64,000 nucleotides of DNA from Candidatus Eiseniibacteriota bacterium (GTDB taxonomy: Bacteria; Eisenbacteria; RBG-16-71-46), in assembly GCA_963725865.1 (NCBI GenBank), contig CAVSAC010000014.1:1120001-1184000 (forward strand), read 5' to 3'. Under the pieces are notes generated by a model. That model saw only the letters and a list, made by a program, of their open reading frames with translations, had not been told where the DNA came from and searched no databases. Position numbers and translations under genes: made by a program. Shown here in pieces: positions 19,662 to 27,500 of this stretch. How positions within the stretch are numbered: the stretch's first letter is position 1; the number at the start of each line of letters is the position of its first letter.

Positions 19662-21117
19662 AGCCGACAAGCCCGCGCCGGCGCCCGAGCGCGCCAACGA
19701 GAACGCGGCGATCGCCGAGATCGGCGCGACGCTGCTGGTGCGCCTGTCGGCGCTGCTCCGCACCGCGCGCACTTACGACGTCACGAACCAGGCCTTCCAG
19801 CGCCAGCTCCACGACTGCCACGCGGTGCTGCTGCGTGGGCTCGAGGAGGAGGACGAGGTCGCGCTGGTCGCGGTCGCGGACTACTTCTACCTGAACGGCG
19901 TGCGCATCCGCGCGCAGGCCTCGCTGCTCGCCGTCTACCACGCGCTGATGGCCGAGTTCGAGCGCCGCTCGCTCGGCGGCGTGCGGTTCCTGCAGGGCGT
20001 CACGCCGGCCCAGCTCGAGCGGTTCTTCCAGCTGTTCATCGCGGCCGACGATCCGGTGGTCGCCGAGCGGCTCCCCGAGGCGGTGGCCGAGGCCAGCATC
20101 GAGCACATCATCCCGGTCCCGGCGGTGGAGCTGGACGAGGACGACCTGACCCGCTCGCTGGAGGAGAAGAGCGAGGCCACCACCGAGCGCGGCCGCGCCA
20201 AGCGCGTGTTCTGGCGCGCGGTGCTCGGGACCAAGAAGATCGTGCTGCGCGCGATGCAGACGGGCCGACCCGACCTGCGCCACGCGAAGCGCCTGGTGCA
20301 GCCGCTCGTGGACAGCGTCATGCGCCACGAGTACTCGATCGTGGGTCTCACCGCGCTCAAGGACCACGACGAGTACACCTACGCTCACTGCGTGAACGTG
20401 AGCGTGCTGTCGGTGAACATGGGCGCGGTGCTCGGGATGTCGCGCCAGGCCCTCGCCGACCTGGGCGTGTCCGCGCTGCTGCACGACATCGGCAAGATCG
20501 CGGTGCCGGCGGACGTGCTGCGCAAGCCCGCGGCGCTGAACGCCGAGGAGTGGACGCTGGTGCGCCGTCACCCGATCGAGGGCGCCAAGATGATGGCGCG
20601 CATGCCCGGGCTCTCGCCGCTGACGCTCGACGCGATGCGCGTGTGCCTCGAGCACCACATGAACTTCGACCGCACCGGCTACCCCGAGGTCCAGCTGGAG
20701 TGGGGGCAGGCGACCATGTCGCGGATCGTCTCGGTCGCCGACTGCTTCGACGCGATCACCGCGCACCGCGCATACCACAAGCGGCCGCGTACCGCGTTCG
20801 AGGGCCTTCAGTACATGCTCGGCCCGGCGCGCGTGCAGTTCGACCCGGCGGTGCTGTGGGCGCTGGTGCGGACGATCGGGCTCTATCCGGCGGGCTCCGT
20901 CCTGCACACCGACTCCGGCCACGTGGTGGTGGCCCTGAGCCCGAACCCGCACGACCTGCGGCGCCCGAATTGCCGGGTGCTGGTGCGCCCTGACGGATCG
21001 GCGCCGGGCGAAGACGCGCCGGAGCTCTGGAACCCGATGCCGGCGGCCCGCAGCGTGCAGCGAGTGCTGCGTCCCGAGGAGCACGCGGCCAACACCGCGG
21101 ACTACCTGGCGGCCTGA
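19654..21117 (+). CDS. HD-GYP domain phosphodiesterase (cyclic dinucleotide signalling)
   Basis: 'YTYAHCVNV', 'LLHDIGK', 'RRHPIEG', 'EHHMNFDRTGYP', 'VADCFDA', 'IGLYPAGS'. Start overlaps the HEAT gene end. Confidence 0.92.
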   Translation: MTEADKPAPAPERANENAAIAEIGATLLVRLSALLRTARTYDVTNQAFQRQLHDCHAVLLRGLEEEDEVALVAVADYFYLNGVRIRAQASLLAVYHALMAEFERRSLGGVRFLQGVTPAQLERFFQLFIAADDPVVAERLPEAVAEASIEHIIPVPAVELDEDDLTRSLEEKSEATTERGRAKRVFWRAVLGTKKIVLRAMQTGRPDLRHAKRLVQPLVDSVMRHEYSIVGLTALKDHDEYTYAHCVNVSVLSVNMGAVLGMSRQALADLGVSALLHDIGKIAVPADVLRKPAALNAEEWTLVRRHPIEGAKMMARMPGLSPLTLDAMRVCLEHHMNFDRTGYPEVQLEWGQATMSRIVSVADCFDAITAHRAYHKRPRTAFEGLQYMLGPARVQFDPAVLWALVRTIGLYPAGSVLHTDSGHVVVALSPNPHDLRRPNCRVLVRPDGSAPGEDAPELWNPMPAARSVQRVLRPEEHAANTADYLAA

Positions 21118-21314
21118 TCGCGCGCGGCCGGCGGGGCGTCCGCGGGCCCGCGGGAAGCGTCGGCGGGCAACGGGCGCGGCGCCGAGATGCTTCGGCGCAC
21201 ACACGAACGGGCGGCGATCGCTCGCCGCCCGTCGTGCTCTCGAGAGTGCCGTTGCGCAGCCCTGGACGCTCCCCGTCTCCAGCCACGCGTGACTGGCCCC
21301 TCGATGAGTCCTCG

Positions 21315-21842
21315 CTAGTCGTCGTACTCCTCGCCGTCGTACCGGCCACGGTCACGACCGCGTCCGTACTCGTCGCCACGCCAGTTGTCGTCGCAGCGCC
21401 AGCCACCGTCGCGCCAGATCTCGCGCCGCATGCACTCGCCGCTGCGCACGTCGATCACGCGCACCACCGCGGGGTGGTGGGAGTGGCGCAGGTGCCACTC
21501 GTAGCGGTCGAGCGACGCCATGCGCTCTTCGCAGTAGGGGTCCCAGTAGTAGTAGCTGGAGGCCTCGATCGCGGGCTGCCCGGCGTGCGCCACCGCGGTG
21601 CCGAGCACGAATCCGCCGATCAGCCCGGCGAGCACCGGCGCCACGTTCGAGGACGACCGGTGCACGATCACCCCGCGCTGCGGGTAGACCACGCGCTCGA
21701 TGACCTGATGTCCGCGCGAACGGGCGCGCACCTTGTAGCCGCTCCCCGGCCCGCGACCGGCCAGCGCGGCGGGGGCGAGAGTGCCGAGCGCGAGCACCGT
21801 GCAGAGCGTTCCGGCGGTCCAACGGCGAGTCGTGGCCGACAT
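21315..21842 (-). CDS. Secreted hypothetical protein with glycine-zipper-like helix and His/Cys/Trp-rich C-domain
   Basis: GGAGG RBS, signal peptide (…LAPAALA), 'GLIGGFVLGTAVA', 'YYYWDPYC...HLRHSHHP...GEC'. Confidence 0.7.
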   Translation of the reverse strand: MSATTRRWTAGTLCTVLALGTLAPAALAGRGPGSGYKVRARSRGHQVIERVVYPQRGVIVHRSSSNVAPVLAGLIGGFVLGTAVAHAGQPAIEASSYYYWDPYCEERMASLDRYEWHLRHSHHPAVVRVIDVRSGECMRREIWRDGGWRCDDNWRGDEYGRGRDRGRYDGEEYDD

Positions 21843-22021
21843 GACGTCCTCCTCGGGATCGGGATGTTCGCTGCGTCCGCTCCGGAATAGAGCAGCCTCC
21901 GTGCCACGTGGCGTCGTCGATGCGAGGCAAGGCCTTAGGCCTGCCCGCGCGCCAGCCCAGATCGCGGCACGCGGCCGGCGTGCCTCCCGGTGTGGCGCGA
22001 CCGCCACGACGTGCGCGGGGC

Positions 22022-22056
22022 AACGAAACGGCCGGCCCCGGGGGGAGGCCGGCCGC
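22022..22056 (-). terminator. Intrinsic terminator of the cupredoxin gene
   Basis: On the minus strand, GCGGCCGGC...GCCGGCCG hairpin followed by TTTCGTT. Confidence 0.65.
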
Positions 22057-22077
22057 TCGGATCGGGGGCGATGCCGG

Positions 22078-22476
22078 TCAGTTACTCGTGACCGTGTGGG
22101 GGGACGCGTTGTTGTTCGTCCAGACCACCTTTCCGCCGGTGCGCAAGGTCACGCTGGGCGGGCCGAACGGCTGCGGCGCTGCCATCCCATTGATGCTCAC
22201 CGTCAACACGGTGTCGCCCGCGGGCGCGGTATCGCTGACGATCACCGAGCCCGTCATGCTGGGGTGGATGGAGCAGTGGTAGGGAAACGTCGCCGCAGCG
22301 AAGAAGCGATGGGTGAAGGTCTGGCTCTGGCTGAGCGTCGGCGAGTCCAGTTCCTTGGCCGGGGGAGGACCGGTCGTGCCGCCGCCGCCGCCGCTGCCGC
22401 CGCAGGACGAGAGCTCGAACGTGGCGACCACCGCGGCCGCGGCGAGAAGGGCGAATCGGGTGCGACGGCGAAGCAT
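22078..22476 (-). CDS. Plastocyanin/amicyanin-like type-1 copper lipoprotein, circularly permuted
   Basis: GGAGG RBS; lipobox-like 'LSSC'; 'YHCSIHPSMTG' (Cys/His/Met ligands) precedes 'WTNNNASPHTVTS' (His ligand). Confidence 0.85.
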   Translation of the reverse strand: MLRRRTRFALLAAAAVVATFELSSCGGSGGGGGTTGPPPAKELDSPTLSQSQTFTHRFFAAATFPYHCSIHPSMTGSVIVSDTAPAGDTVLTVSINGMAAPQPFGPPSVTLRTGGKVVWTNNNASPHTVTSN

Positions 22477-22615
22477 GAATCCTCCACGAATGTCCCGGTC
22501 GCGACCTGGGGAACTGATGGTGTCCGCACCTATCGATAACGAGTCGGGGCGCGAGGTGCGGAGTATCACGAGCGGCGCGGCGACGGGTTCATCCCGGCTG
22601 AACCGCGAAGGCGGC

Positions 22616-23647
22616 TCAGTCCATCCAGTGGACGACCTCGGCGGGCGCGAGCGTCAGCGGCGGGAGATTCCAGCGCCAAGCGTTCAACGTGCTGCCGTCG
22701 GGCTCGAGCCACAGCACGCCGATGTCGCGGTGGCTGGCGGCGAACTCCGAGGTGCTTTCACGACCCATCACCTGGAACGCGCGAGCCAGCCCCTGGGCGC
22801 GGGCGGCCGAGCGGGTGATCACGGCCACCGTGGCGGTGGTGTAGATCAGCAGGCCGGTGCGCGGATCGATCGTCCGCGCCCGCGCGTCGACCTGGGCGAC
22901 GGCGGCCTGTCGCGCGGTGAGGGACAGCAGGGGCCGGTCGGACTGGCCGGGGTAGCTCACCGGCAGTTCCCAACCGGAGCCCTCGTCCGCGAACACGCTG
23001 CGCACCTCGCCGAGCGCGAGCCGCGCGCGTCGCACCCCATAGGCGCGGAGCGAGTCGACCGCGCGGTCGAGCGCGACGCCGCGTGCGACGCCGTCCAGGT
23101 CGAGGCCCATGCCCGGGCGCGGGAACCTCACCGCGCGCGTGCCGGGCTCCAGCTGCACCAGCGTCCAGCCGCTGCTCACTCGCGCGCGGGCGAGCGCCGC
23201 GGGGTCGGGACGCGCGGTCGCGGCCTCGTCCCACGCGCGGGTGAGCGGCGCGGCGGTCGGGTCGTAGGCGCCGTCGGTCTCGCGTGCCAACGCGAGCGCG
23301 GTCTGGAGCGCGCTCCACAGCTCGCTGGAGCACGGGACGCGCGCCTCGAACGCGTTCGCACTCAGCCGCGCCAGCTCGCCGCCCGGGGCGTCGCGATCGA
23401 GCAGCGCGCCCAGCCGCTCGAACTCGTCGAGCACGGCGTCGCGCGCGCGCTCGGTGCTCGCGCGCATGCGGCCGTCGAGTTCGACCCGGCCGGTGGCGCC
23501 GAAGGCCGCACGCGAGCCCTCGGCGTGCGCGAGCACCGCGGAGTGGTGGGCGCGTTCGCGGGGCTTCGCCGAGGCGGTCGGGGCACCGGCCGCCAGGAGC
23601 GCGCATGCCGCCACCAGCCAGGCCCCCGGCGCGACGTGGCGCGTCAT
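22616..23647 (-). CDS. ApbE-like FAD:protein FMN transferase homologue (degenerate active site)
   Basis: 'TDGAYDPT', 'GMGLDLDGVARG', 'IDPRTG', 'VAVI'; signal peptide; ATGA overlap with the regulator gene. Confidence 0.75.
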   Translation of the reverse strand: MTRHVAPGAWLVAACALLAAGAPTASAKPRERAHHSAVLAHAEGSRAAFGATGRVELDGRMRASTERARDAVLDEFERLGALLDRDAPGGELARLSANAFEARVPCSSELWSALQTALALARETDGAYDPTAAPLTRAWDEAATARPDPAALARARVSSGWTLVQLEPGTRAVRFPRPGMGLDLDGVARGVALDRAVDSLRAYGVRRARLALGEVRSVFADEGSGWELPVSYPGQSDRPLLSLTARQAAVAQVDARARTIDPRTGLLIYTTATVAVITRSAARAQGLARAFQVMGRESTSEFAASHRDIGVLWLEPDGSTLNAWRWNLPPLTLAPAEVVHWMD

Positions 23648-24216
23648 GCGCCCCCCGCGCCGCGTCCCGGACCGGGATGGAGGTGGGGAGTCTCGGGCAG
23701 GCACGAGAGCCCGCACACCGAGCACGCGTCGCTGGACGCGCACGAACGGTGGTAGCGCGCGAAGCGGCCTGCGAACAGCGCCGCGGACTCCGGGTCCTCT
23801 CGCACCCACTTCACCAGGTCCACCAGCCGCTCCGTGGTGGCGGTCGAGAGGTCGTGCTCGATCAAGCAGGCCTCGGCCTCCGCGCGCTCCGCCGGCACCC
23901 CCAGCATCTCGGCCAGGAAGACGCGCAGCACGCTGAATCGATGATGCACCTCGCGCGCGGCCCGCTCGCCGGCCGCGGTGAGCAGGAGGAAGCGCCGATC
24001 GTCGTGCGCCATCAGCCCGCGGGCCTCGAGCGGTCGCAGGCCGACCGAGAGCGTGGCGGGCGCCACGCCCAGCTCGCGCGCCACGTCGGCCAGCCGGGCG
24101 TAACCCCGACGCGAGCGGAGCTCCCAGATGGCCCGGAGGTAGTGCTCATGGCTGGGACTCAGGGGGCGCGTTCGCTGCTGCTTGCCCGAGAGCATCGAGG
24201 CCTCCGAGGAGAGCAT
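23644..24216 (-). CDS. DtxR/MntR-family metal-dependent transcriptional regulator with Cys-rich C-tail
   Basis: 'SHEHYLRAIWEL...ARLADVARELGV', 'LTAAGE', 'EAEACLIEHDLS'; tail 'CASSDACSVCGLSC'. True start may be 24195. Confidence 0.9.
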   Translation of the reverse strand: MLSSEASMLSGKQQRTRPLSPSHEHYLRAIWELRSRRGYARLADVARELGVAPATLSVGLRPLEARGLMAHDDRRFLLLTAAGERAAREVHHRFSVLRVFLAEMLGVPAERAEAEACLIEHDLSTATTERLVDLVKWVREDPESAALFAGRFARYHRSCASSDACSVCGLSCLPETPHLHPGPGRGAGGA

Positions 24217-24249
24217 TAGGCTTGACTAACGGATAGCAGATGAGACTAA
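24216..24249. promoter_or_regulatory. Putative DtxR-family operator
   Basis: TTAG-GCTTGA-CTAA palindrome (24216-24229) and a second GACTAA half-site ending 24249, in an AT-rich patch between the divergent regulator and heme oxygenase. Confidence 0.6.
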
Positions 24250-24329
24250 TTACGCCCCCGGACGATCCGGGTCAAGGCTTCATCTTCGGCTCGCGGCCGC
24301 TCCCGCTCTCTCCGGCACGAGGACTCCCG

Positions 24330-24977
24330 ATGCACGATCCGCTCTCGCTTCGACTCCGCGAAGGTACTCGCGACGCCCACCGGGCCGCCGAACACTCGCC
24401 ATTCATCCAGGCCCTGTTGCACGGGCAGCTCGACCGGCCGACGTACGCACGCTTCCTGGTGGATCTCCACGCGCTCTACGGCGCGCTCGAGCTGGCGCTC
24501 GCGCGTCATCGCGACGACCCGGCGATCGGCTGGCTCGTGAACCCGGCGCTCGCGCGCGTCCCCGCGCTCGAGCGCGACCTGGAGTTCTTCCTCGGCCCGG
24601 GCTGGCGCGCGGCGGCGGAGCCGTCCGCGGCCGGCAGCGGCTACGCCGCCCACCTGACGGATCGCGCGACGGACGACCCGCTCGCGCTGGTCGCGCACGC
24701 GTACACGCGCTATCTCGGCGACCTCTCGGGCGGCCAGGTGATGGCGCGAGTCCTCGCGCGCAACCTCGGTCTCGCGGAGGACGACGGACTGTCGTTCTAC
24801 TCGTTCCCCACGATCGCCGACCTCGCCGCGTTCAAGCACGACTTCCGCGTCGCGCTCGATGGCGTCACGAGCGACCCCGCGGTCATCGATCGACTGGTGG
24901 AGGAAGCTCGGCAGGCCTTCGCCTGGAACACCCGCGTCGCGGATACCGCCCTGGAGCCGGGCACCGCGCGAGTGTGA
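24330..24977 (+). CDS. Biliverdin-producing heme oxygenase (HO-1/HmuO family)
   Basis: 'LREGTRDAHRAAE' (proximal His), 'LERDLEFF', 'HAYTRYLGDLSGGQ', 'AFAWN'. Confidence 0.93.
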   Translation: MHDPLSLRLREGTRDAHRAAEHSPFIQALLHGQLDRPTYARFLVDLHALYGALELALARHRDDPAIGWLVNPALARVPALERDLEFFLGPGWRAAAEPSAAGSGYAAHLTDRATDDPLALVAHAYTRYLGDLSGGQVMARVLARNLGLAEDDGLSFYSFPTIADLAAFKHDFRVALDGVTSDPAVIDRLVEEARQAFAWNTRVADTALEPGTARV

Positions 24978-24983
24978 CCGCGC

Positions 24984-25559
24984 TCAGTTCCCATGGTGTC
25001 GCGGGGTGCTCAGCAGCAGCCACCACGCGAGCAGGCTGAGGGCCTCGATGTCGGGCAGCCGCCGTCCGTTCTCGCCGACGCGCACCTCGCCGTCGACGCG
25101 GAAGAGACCGTGGCGCATGCGGGCGGTGAGCTGCTCGAAGCCCTCCGCGTTCGCCACGGTGGCGGAGTGCCCGAGCCAACCGGGCTTCCAGACCAGCGTC
25201 TCGCCGGCAGTGCGCTCGATGCGGCCGGTCCGGAACCAGCCCGGGCGGAATCGCAGCAGCGGTTCCGGCTCGCGATCGCGCACCACCGTGTAGGCGCCGA
25301 GCCAGCCCCGCCGCTGGAGCCGCCAGCGACCCGTCGTCGTCTCGACCTCGGCGTCAGACCGAAACGCGCCGCGGACGTGGAGGGTCGCGAGCAGGGCACC
25401 CTCGGTCCACGCTTCCCAGTCCGGTGCCCACCAGCGGCCGACCTGCCGCCACTCCTGCACCGTCGCGGAGCCGAGCGCGGCGCGCGCGCGATCCGGGGCC
25501 GTCGCGGCCGAGCGGGCCTCTCCCGCGGGGACCATCACCTGGACACTGCGCCTCAGCAT
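24984..25559 (-). CDS. Hypothetical protein
   Basis: GGAGG RBS, G/C-ending codons, Trp-rich beta-type sequence; co-oriented with SPFH-RHH. Confidence 0.65.
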   Translation of the reverse strand: MLRRSVQVMVPAGEARSAATAPDRARAALGSATVQEWRQVGRWWAPDWEAWTEGALLATLHVRGAFRSDAEVETTTGRWRLQRRGWLGAYTVVRDREPEPLLRFRPGWFRTGRIERTAGETLVWKPGWLGHSATVANAEGFEQLTARMRHGLFRVDGEVRVGENGRRLPDIEALSLLAWWLLLSTPRHHGN

Positions 25560-25574
25560 CGCCGCCTCCGCGGA

Positions 25575-25775
25575 CTATGACGACGAGCGGGGGGGACGCC
25601 TGGTGGCGGCGCCCCCGCTCGCGTCCTTCGGCAACCGGCCGGCATCCTGCAGCGACCGCCTGAGCACGAACTCGATCTGACCGTTCAGGCTGCGCAGCTC
25701 GTCCGCCGCCCACTTCTGCAGGGCGTCGAGCAGCGCGGGATCGACCCGCAGCAGGAAGGGCTTCCGTTCCGCCAT
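25575..25775 (-). CDS. Arc-like ribbon-helix-helix DNA-binding protein
   Basis: 'RKPFLLRVDPALLDALQKWAADELRSLNGQIEFVL', the RHH type commonly found downstream of SPFH genes. Confidence 0.85.
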   Translation of the reverse strand: MAERKPFLLRVDPALLDALQKWAADELRSLNGQIEFVLRRSLQDAGRLPKDASGGAATRRPPRSSS

Positions 25776-25787
25776 CGACTCCTTCTT

Positions 25788-26660
25788 CTACTGATAGAGC
25801 GTGCCCGCGTTCACGACCGGCTGCGTCTCGTGCTCGCTGCACAGCACCACGAGCAGGTTGCTGACCATCGCGGCCTTGCGCTCCTCGTCGAGATTCACGA
25901 TGTGCTTCGCCGAGAGCTGCTCCAGCGCCATCTCGACCATGCTCACAGCGCCCTCGACGATCTTGGTGCGCGCGGCGATGACCGCCTGCGCCTGCTGGCG
26001 GCGCAGCATGGCGTTCGCGATCTCGGGCGCGTACGCGAGGTGGCTGATGCGCGCCTCGATCACCAGGACGCCCGCCTTCTCCAGCCGCGCCTGGATCTCG
26101 CCCTTGAGGAGCTCGGCCACTTCCGCGGTGTTCCCGCGCAGCGAGAGCTGGTTGACCTCGTGCGCGTCGTACGGATGGCCGGTCGCCAGGTTGCGCAACG
26201 CGGACTCGGTCTGCACGTGGACGAAGTTCTCGTAGTTGTCGACCTCGAACAGCGCCTCCGCCGTGTCCACGACGCGCCACACCACGACCGCCGCGATCTC
26301 GATCGGATTGCCCTCGTGGTCGTTCACCTTGAGCTTCGCGCTCTCGAAGTTTCGGATGCGCGACGAGATCCGGCGCTTGACGTTGAACGGATTGACCAGC
26401 CACAGCCCCTGCCGCTTGAGCGTGCCGCTGTAGGTGCCGAACAGCACCAGCACGCGGGCCTCGTTCGGGTTCACGATCGTGAGCCCGTTGAGCGCGATGA
26501 CCGCAGCGATGAACACCAGCACCATGCCGATGATCGGCAGCGGCCCGGCACCGTGCACCCCGAGCCACACGATGGCCCACGCCGACAGGATGATGATTGC
26601 GATGATCGCCAGCAGCGCGGGCAACCCCGGTGACGCGACCGCCTCTCTCTCTTTGATCAT
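25788..26660 (-). CDS. SPFH/band-7 domain membrane protein
   Basis: Two N-terminal TMs, '[21 protein letters not shown]', '[18 protein letters not shown]', 'VVNAGTLY'; AGGAGG RBS. Confidence 0.92.
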   Translation of the reverse strand: MIKEREAVASPGLPALLAIIAIIILSAWAIVWLGVHGAGPLPIIGMVLVFIAAVIALNGLTIVNPNEARVLVLFGTYSGTLKRQGLWLVNPFNVKRRISSRIRNFESAKLKVNDHEGNPIEIAAVVVWRVVDTAEALFEVDNYENFVHVQTESALRNLATGHPYDAHEVNQLSLRGNTAEVAELLKGEIQARLEKAGVLVIEARISHLAYAPEIANAMLRRQQAQAVIAARTKIVEGAVSMVEMALEQLSAKHIVNLDEERKAAMVSNLLVVLCSEHETQPVVNAGTLYQ

Positions 26661-26689
26661 GGACCTCCTCCTTTCCTGCGCTAGCAGTA

Positions 26690-26708
26690 TGATATCACTT
26701 TGAAATCA
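26690..26708. promoter_or_regulatory. Putative RHH operator upstream of SPFH operon
   Basis: TGATATCA-CTT-TGAAATCA: a palindromic 8-mer repeated at 11-bp period, abutting a minus-strand CATACT -10-like hexamer. Confidence 0.55.
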
Positions 26709-26817
26709 GCGCAAGGGGGTTCGGCGAGGTCGTTCCGGTGCCATCGGTTGGCGGCTCGAGGTGGTGGGCCGGCGGTGGCCGGTGCTCCGAGGTCGTGGGC
26801 GGCGCCGCGCGCCGGGA

Positions 26818-27318
26818 TCAGCGCGTGAGGGCCTCGATCAGGCTGGCGTGCTGCGGCCAGTCCGCGACCAGGCTCGTCCGCGCGCCCGCCTCGAAGTCGA
26901 CCCGCTCGAAGCCGGGAGCGACCGTGGTGCCGAGCAGCGCCCACGCACCGCCGGCGGCGAGCCGCGCGCCCTGCCACGCTCCGCGGGGCACGACGTGCTG
27001 AACGTGGTGGCCGGCGGCCAGGTCGCAGCCCAGCGTCACCACGCGGCTGTCGCGCCCGGGCCCGAGCACCAGCAGCTCCACCGGATCGCCGAGCAGGAAG
27101 TGGAAGACCTCGTCGCTGGGCAATCGGTGCATGCGCGAGACCTCGCGCGGCTCGAGCAGGTAGAGGATCGCGGTGCCGAACGCGCGCGGTGCGGCGTAGC
27201 GCGGCGGCAGCGCGGCAGCGGCGAGCGTCTCGTCGCTGCGCCACGTCTCGCGGAAGGAGCCACCTTCGAACTCGAGCGGCACCAACCCGAGCCGCCTGCG
27301 GACCTCGTCGGCGGTCAC
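26818..27318 (-). CDS. Cupin_5 (DUF985) protein
   Basis: 'LGLVPLEFEGGSFRET', 'TAILYLL', 'HRLPSDEVFHF', 'VVPRGAWQGA', 'VAPGFERVDF'. Start approximate (GTG 27318). Confidence 0.88.
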   Translation of the reverse strand: MTADEVRRRLGLVPLEFEGGSFRETWRSDETLAAAALPPRYAAPRAFGTAILYLLEPREVSRMHRLPSDEVFHFLLGDPVELLVLGPGRDSRVVTLGCDLAAGHHVQHVVPRGAWQGARLAAGGAWALLGTTVAPGFERVDFEAGARTSLVADWPQHASLIEALTR

Positions 27319-27500
27319 GACGGCTGCCGCGCGCGCGGCTGGTGACGCATCCCGAGATCGGTCCTGGCGTCCATCATGAGCGAGAGCCTTCCAGGCGATG
27401 CCGACCGAGTGAGGGTGTGGGTGCCCACGGTTGGCGTGCGGCGGCGACCGGAAAGGTAGGGCCGCCCCGCGCGACGGGCAAGCGGCGGAGTCGCGCCACG

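Noticed and set aside
22050..22080. Selenocysteine or TGA read-through extending the cupredoxin into a second domain
   Set aside because: The sequence after TGA is a terminator hairpin with a T-tract and does not encode cupredoxin-like residues.
25575..25775. RHH protein as the antitoxin of a toxin-antitoxin pair
   Set aside because: No recognisable toxin adjacent; the context fits the SPFH-associated RHH regulator.
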